A program made the translations under genes and the position numbers. The notes under the pieces are model-generated. The model was not told the origin of the DNA. It saw nothing but the letters and a program-made list of their open reading frames with translations, and did no database searches. This document shows, one piece after another, positions 60,879 to 64,000 of a stretch of 64,000 nucleotides of DNA. Origin of the DNA: Eubacteriales bacterium (lineage in GTDB: Bacteria; Bacillota; Clostridia; Oscillospirales; CAG-272). The stretch lies in assembly GCA_045643285.1 (NCBI GenBank), contig JAZUKN010000014.1, forward strand, positions 7,772 through 71,771, in the 5' to 3' direction. How positions within the stretch are numbered: the first letter of the stretch is position 1; each line of letters opens with the position of its first letter.

Positions 60879-62078
60879 ATGAAATATATCGCAATAATCG
60901 GCTACGGCGTAGTCGGCGGCGGCATCACCGAGGTCATTGACGCAAGCCGAGAAAAAATCGAAACGGCAATCGGTGACAAGATCGATGTAAAATACATCCT
61001 CGATCTGCGCGATTTTCCGGACTCACCGTACGGCGACAGGATCGTACACGACATTCAGCCTATCCTCGACGACAGCGACGTGTCGCTCGTCTGCGAAACG
61101 ATGGGCGGCTCTCATCCGGCGTATGAATTTTCCGTTCGGTGCATGGAAGCCGGAAAATCCGTCGTTACGTCGAACAAAGAAGTCGTTGCGAACTACGGCG
61201 ACAAGCTCACCAAATGTGCGCGGAAGAACGGCGTATTCTATATGTTTGAAGCATCGGTCGGCGGCGGTATTCCGTGCCTCAGGCCGTTCTACACATCGCT
61301 CTCCGATGTGCTGATCTCCGACATAAACGGCATAGTGAACGGCACGACGAACTACATCCTCACGAAAATGAAAGAGGACGGGCGCGACTTTGCCGACGTT
61401 CTCGCAGAAGCACAGCGGCTTGGATATGCGGAGCGCGATCCCTCAGCCGACATCGACGGAATCGACGCAAAGAGAAAAATCATCATCCTCACTGCTCTTG
61501 CGACCGGCGTTCTTGCGTCCGAAAACGAAGTATACGCCGAATCGCTCCGCGACATTACGACTGACGATCTCCGCTCTGCCGAAAAGCTCGGCGGCGAGAT
61601 AAAATACATCGCTACATCGAAGCTCGGAACGCCGAACGAAGTCTACGTCTGCCCGATGATCGTGAAAAAATCGAATCCGCTCTCGTCGGTTTCGGGAGTT
61701 TACAACGCCGTAAGAGTAACAAGTCCGCTCACAGGCGATATAATGTATTACGGACGCGGCGCAGGGCGTTTCCCGACGGCAGGCGCAGTTCTATCGGACG
61801 TTGTCGCCGTTCTTTCGGGAGCAGTTTGCGGCGAAAAGTTGCCGACATTCACGAAAGCGGACGGAATGATACGCGCGTTTGACGACGTGAAATTCACGGT
61901 GCTTGTCAGAACGACGCTCGGCAAGGGTGAACTTTGCGACAGGCTCGAAGCGGTCTCCGACAAGGTCGAAATCGTCGGCGAAAGCGGCGGTGTCACCGAA
62001 GCGGTAGTCACGGGACTCACGAAAGCCGACGCCGACAGAGTGATACCGGACGCACGACTGATACGCATACTTGAATAA
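60879..62078 (+). CDS. hom: Homoserine dehydrogenase
   Basis: ORF 60858..62078. MKYIAIIGYGVVGGG start at 60879. SNKEVVA, FEASVGGGIP, and a C-terminal ACT-like tail. Confidence 0.88.
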   Translation: MKYIAIIGYGVVGGGITEVIDASREKIETAIGDKIDVKYILDLRDFPDSPYGDRIVHDIQPILDDSDVSLVCETMGGSHPAYEFSVRCMEAGKSVVTSNKEVVANYGDKLTKCARKNGVFYMFEASVGGGIPCLRPFYTSLSDVLISDINGIVNGTTNYILTKMKEDGRDFADVLAEAQRLGYAERDPSADIDGIDAKRKIIILTALATGVLASENEVYAESLRDITTDDLRSAEKLGGEIKYIATSKLGTPNEVYVCPMIVKKSNPLSSVSGVYNAVRVTSPLTGDIMYYGRGAGRFPTAGAVLSDVVAVLSGAVCGEKLPTFTKADGMIRAFDDVKFTVLVRTTLGKGELCDRLEAVSDKVEIVGESGGVTEAVVTGLTKADADRVIPDARLIRILE

Positions 62079-62080
62079 CC

Positions 62081-62121
62081 GTCATAACATGACCGTCATA
62101 CAATGACAGTCATGTTATGAC
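62081..62121. promoter_or_regulatory. Near-perfect 18-bp-arm inverted repeat between hom and the ACT-like gene
   Basis: gtcataacatgaccgtca-taca-atgacagtcatgttatgac. No T-run follows. Built from TGAC/GTCA half-sites. Confidence 0.4.
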
Positions 62122-62171
62122 CAAAGCCGCAAAACGCCTGCGCCGCGCATTTATCATACTTCGGAGGAAAA

Positions 62172-62399
62172 ATGAACGGTATACAGGCTATACGGCGCGA
62201 GGACGGGCTATGTGCAGTTATGTTCTCGGGCGACGGATTCAAGTGCGGAACGGCGGCAGAGGTGCTGTCAAGGTTTGCGAAAAACGGGCTTGACGCAAAG
62301 CTCGTCTCGCTCGGCGACACCGGAATGACGGCGGTTTTCTCAGGAAAAGACGCGGATCTCGCGTGGAAAATCGCAAACGAAATGATAACGGAAAAATAA
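62172..62399 (+). CDS. Stand-alone ACT-domain-like protein (resembles the aspartokinase C-terminal regulatory domain)
   Basis: 75 aa, GGAGG RBS. AVMFSGDGFKCGTAAEVLSRFAKNGLDAKLVSLGDTGMTAVF resembles the ACT beta-alpha-beta-beta pattern. Confidence 0.45.
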   Translation: MNGIQAIRREDGLCAVMFSGDGFKCGTAAEVLSRFAKNGLDAKLVSLGDTGMTAVFSGKDADLAWKIANEMITEK

Positions 62400-62502
62400 A
62401 ATTATATTACAGGAGAATGCTTTTTGACATTTAATTCAACGGATTCGGTCGGCTGACTCTGTATTTCATAGCTGATCGAAAAAACAAAAAGGAGATACAA
62501 AA

Positions 62503-63132
62503 ATGAATAAAGACAATCTGATTATCAGACCTACAACACCGAACGACTATGAGGCAGTCGAAAAACTTGTCCGCGAGAGCTTCTGGAATGTCTATCGCCC
62601 GGGTGCGCTTGAGTATTATCTCATCCACGTCATGCGCGACAGCGAAGATTTTGTGCCGGAGCTTGACTTCGTTATGGAAAAGGACGGCGAGCTGATCGGT
62701 CAGAACGTGTTCGTCCGTGCGAAGATCAAAGCCGATGACGGGCGGGACGTGCCGATCATGACAATGGGACCGATCTGCATACGAAACGATCTCAAGCGTC
62801 AGGGGTACGGAAAAATCCTGCTCGATTATTCCCTTGAAAAAGCGAAAGAAGCCGGTGCCGGCGCGCTGTGCTTTGAAGGGAACATCGCGTTCTACGGAAA
62901 GAGCGGATTCACTTATGCCTCACGCTACGGGCTGAGGTACCACGGACTTCCCGAGGGAGCCGACGCATCGTTCTTCCTCGCAAAGGAGCTTGTACCCGGA
63001 TTTTTCGACGGGATCACTGGCGAATACGCGACGCCGGACGTTTATATGGTCACCGAAGAAGACGCGAACGAATTCGACAAACACTTCGAGCCGAGAGAAA
63101 AACTGAGGCTCTCGGGACAACTGGAGAAATAA
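62503..63132 (+). CDS. GNAT family N-acetyltransferase
   Basis: 209 aa. IRNDLKRQGYGKILLDYSLEKAKEAGAGAL acetyl-CoA motif. Confidence 0.8.
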   Translation: MNKDNLIIRPTTPNDYEAVEKLVRESFWNVYRPGALEYYLIHVMRDSEDFVPELDFVMEKDGELIGQNVFVRAKIKADDGRDVPIMTMGPICIRNDLKRQGYGKILLDYSLEKAKEAGAGALCFEGNIAFYGKSGFTYASRYGLRYHGLPEGADASFFLAKELVPGFFDGITGEYATPDVYMVTEEDANEFDKHFEPREKLRLSGQLEK

Positions 63133-63138
63133 GAAAAA

Positions 63139-63162
63139 AGCACACCGTGAGGTGTGCTTTTG
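63139..63162 (+). terminator. Intrinsic terminator of the GNAT gene
   Basis: agcacacc-gtga-ggtgtgct followed by tttg. Confidence 0.6.
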
Positions 63163-63248
63163 TAATGATGTTCTGCTTCGCAGAATGATGTTCACACTTC
63201 GTGTGAATGATATATTGCTTCGCAATATGATATAGTTGCCTGCGGCAA
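63162..63248 (+). repeat. Mini-hairpin array C: 4 units (AATGAT-type spacer plus variable triloop palindrome)
   Basis: taatgatgttc-tgcttcgca / gaatgatgttc-acacttcgtgt / gaatgatatat-tgcttcgca / atatgatatag-ttgcctgcggcaa. Follows the GNAT gene terminator. Confidence 0.85.
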
Positions 63249-63349
63249 ACATTGAGGAAGAAAAAACTCCACTGCGTTACGTTTTTTCAATTATTTGAAA
63301 AAATATCGAAGATATTTTTTCTTCAACAATTTTCGACGAAGTCGAAAAC

Positions 63350-63430
63350 ATCATATCGCAGAGCGATATATCATGCGGCGAAGCCGTATATCATTTGCGC
63401 GAAGCGCAAATATCATTCTCGCACAGCGAG
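63350..63430 (-). repeat. Mini-hairpin array D: 4 units, inverted copy of the array C type; abuts the stop of the lipid kinase gene
   Basis: + strand reads catcatat-cgcagagcg / atatatcat-gcggcgaagccg / tatatcattt-gcgcgaagcgc / aaatatcatt-ctcgcacagcgag. On the minus strand these are ATGAT spacers plus palindromes. Confidence 0.8.
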
Positions 63431-64000
63431 TCAGAAGTGCATTTCTATTGCGCCTTCGAGTATTCCCGCACATCCCTCTTTCATCGCGCCGCCGCATTCG
63501 CCGTCTACCGTCCATGAAATATCTTCTACAGATGTAAAACGAACACTCTTTGTGTGTTTGAAGATTATGTATTCGCTTGTCGTGTCCTGCGCGAGAAGTG
63601 CAGATACGAGTTTCACGTTGTCAGCCGTTTTTTCGGGCTTGCGGACGAGGATCAGCTCCATAAATCCGTCGGAGAGAGATATTTCTTCTTTGAGCTTCAA
63701 GTCAAAGCCGCCGACGTGGCGCGTGTTCGAGATCATCCCGTAGAGGAAATCTCCCTCGACTTCTCCGTCGTCGAACGATATTTTCATGTTGATCGGCTTG
63801 ATCGTCGGCAGTGATTTTATCCCCTCAAGTATGTATGCGCCCCAACCGAGGGCTTTTTTCATGTTCTGCGGCGTGGAGTAGGACGCTTCCGTGAACGCAC
63901 CGAACGCGGCAACATAAACGTAAGGCTTCGAGCAGAACGTGCTGATGTCGGTTTTTTTCGGCTCGGTCGAGATGATAGCGCGTGCGGCTTCAATAGGTGT
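63431..64000 (-). CDS. Diacylglycerol/lipid kinase family protein (YegS/BmrU-like); N-terminal part lies outside the window
   Basis: The frame stays open upstream of the track ORF 63431..63862 (TPIEAARAIISTEPKKTDISTFCSKPYVYVAAFGAFTEASYSTPQNMKKALGW...), so the gene continues past position 64000. The C-terminal DAGK accessory domain is recognisable. Confidence 0.7.
   Translation of the reverse strand, partial: TPIEAARAIISTEPKKTDISTFCSKPYVYVAAFGAFTEASYSTPQNMKKALGWGAYILEGIKSLPTIKPINMKISFDDGEVEGDFLYGMISNTRHVGGFDLKLKEEISLSDGFMELILVRKPEKTADNVKLVSALLAQDTTSEYIIFKHTKSVRFTSVEDISWTVDGECGGAMKEGCAGILEGAIEMHF

Overview
This 64-kb window looks like chromosomal DNA from a moderately high-GC, Clostridia-like Firmicute. 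The taxon call is an inference from gene content, GGAGG ribosome-binding sites and TTGACA/TATAAT promoters. I support about 50 protein-coding genes on both strands and found no rRNA, tRNA, CRISPR array, transposase or prophage genes. Most genes are housekeeping: hisZ/hisG; a lipid block with plsX, acpP, DegV and YloV; pyrR; ybaK; alaS; hom; and carbohydrate genes (GH95, GH20-like, GH1, xylA, malQ).

Three things stand out.

1. An ~11.3-kb minus-strand operon (27201-38546). It starts with one 2989-aa, three-module NRPS ending in a reductase (A-T-C-A-T-C-A-T-R). Through ATGA stop/start overlaps the NRPS is translationally coupled to a membrane sensor-HAMP-PP2C-RsbW-like kinase fusion and then to a STAS antagonist. 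This is a partner-switching module with no sigma factor in the operon. Immediately downstream lie a pair of COG0523-type GTPases and a heterodimeric ABC exporter. One GTPase carries a ~70-aa His/Asp/Cys-rich insert; the other lacks CxCC and is fused to a DUF1980-like CC domain.

2. A dense family of mosaic intergenic repeats, in at least nine intergenic regions totalling roughly 4 kb. They are chains of short hairpin modules whose stems differ between copies by compensatory changes.

3. Sub-modules of those repeats. One is a set of four arrays, each with four ~20-nt units made of a constant spacer plus a variable triloop mini-hairpin. Another is a terminal string with stop codons in all three frames, which actually supplies the stop codons of unrelated genes.

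All calls come from reading the sequence and ORF track by eye. No database search or folding program was run.
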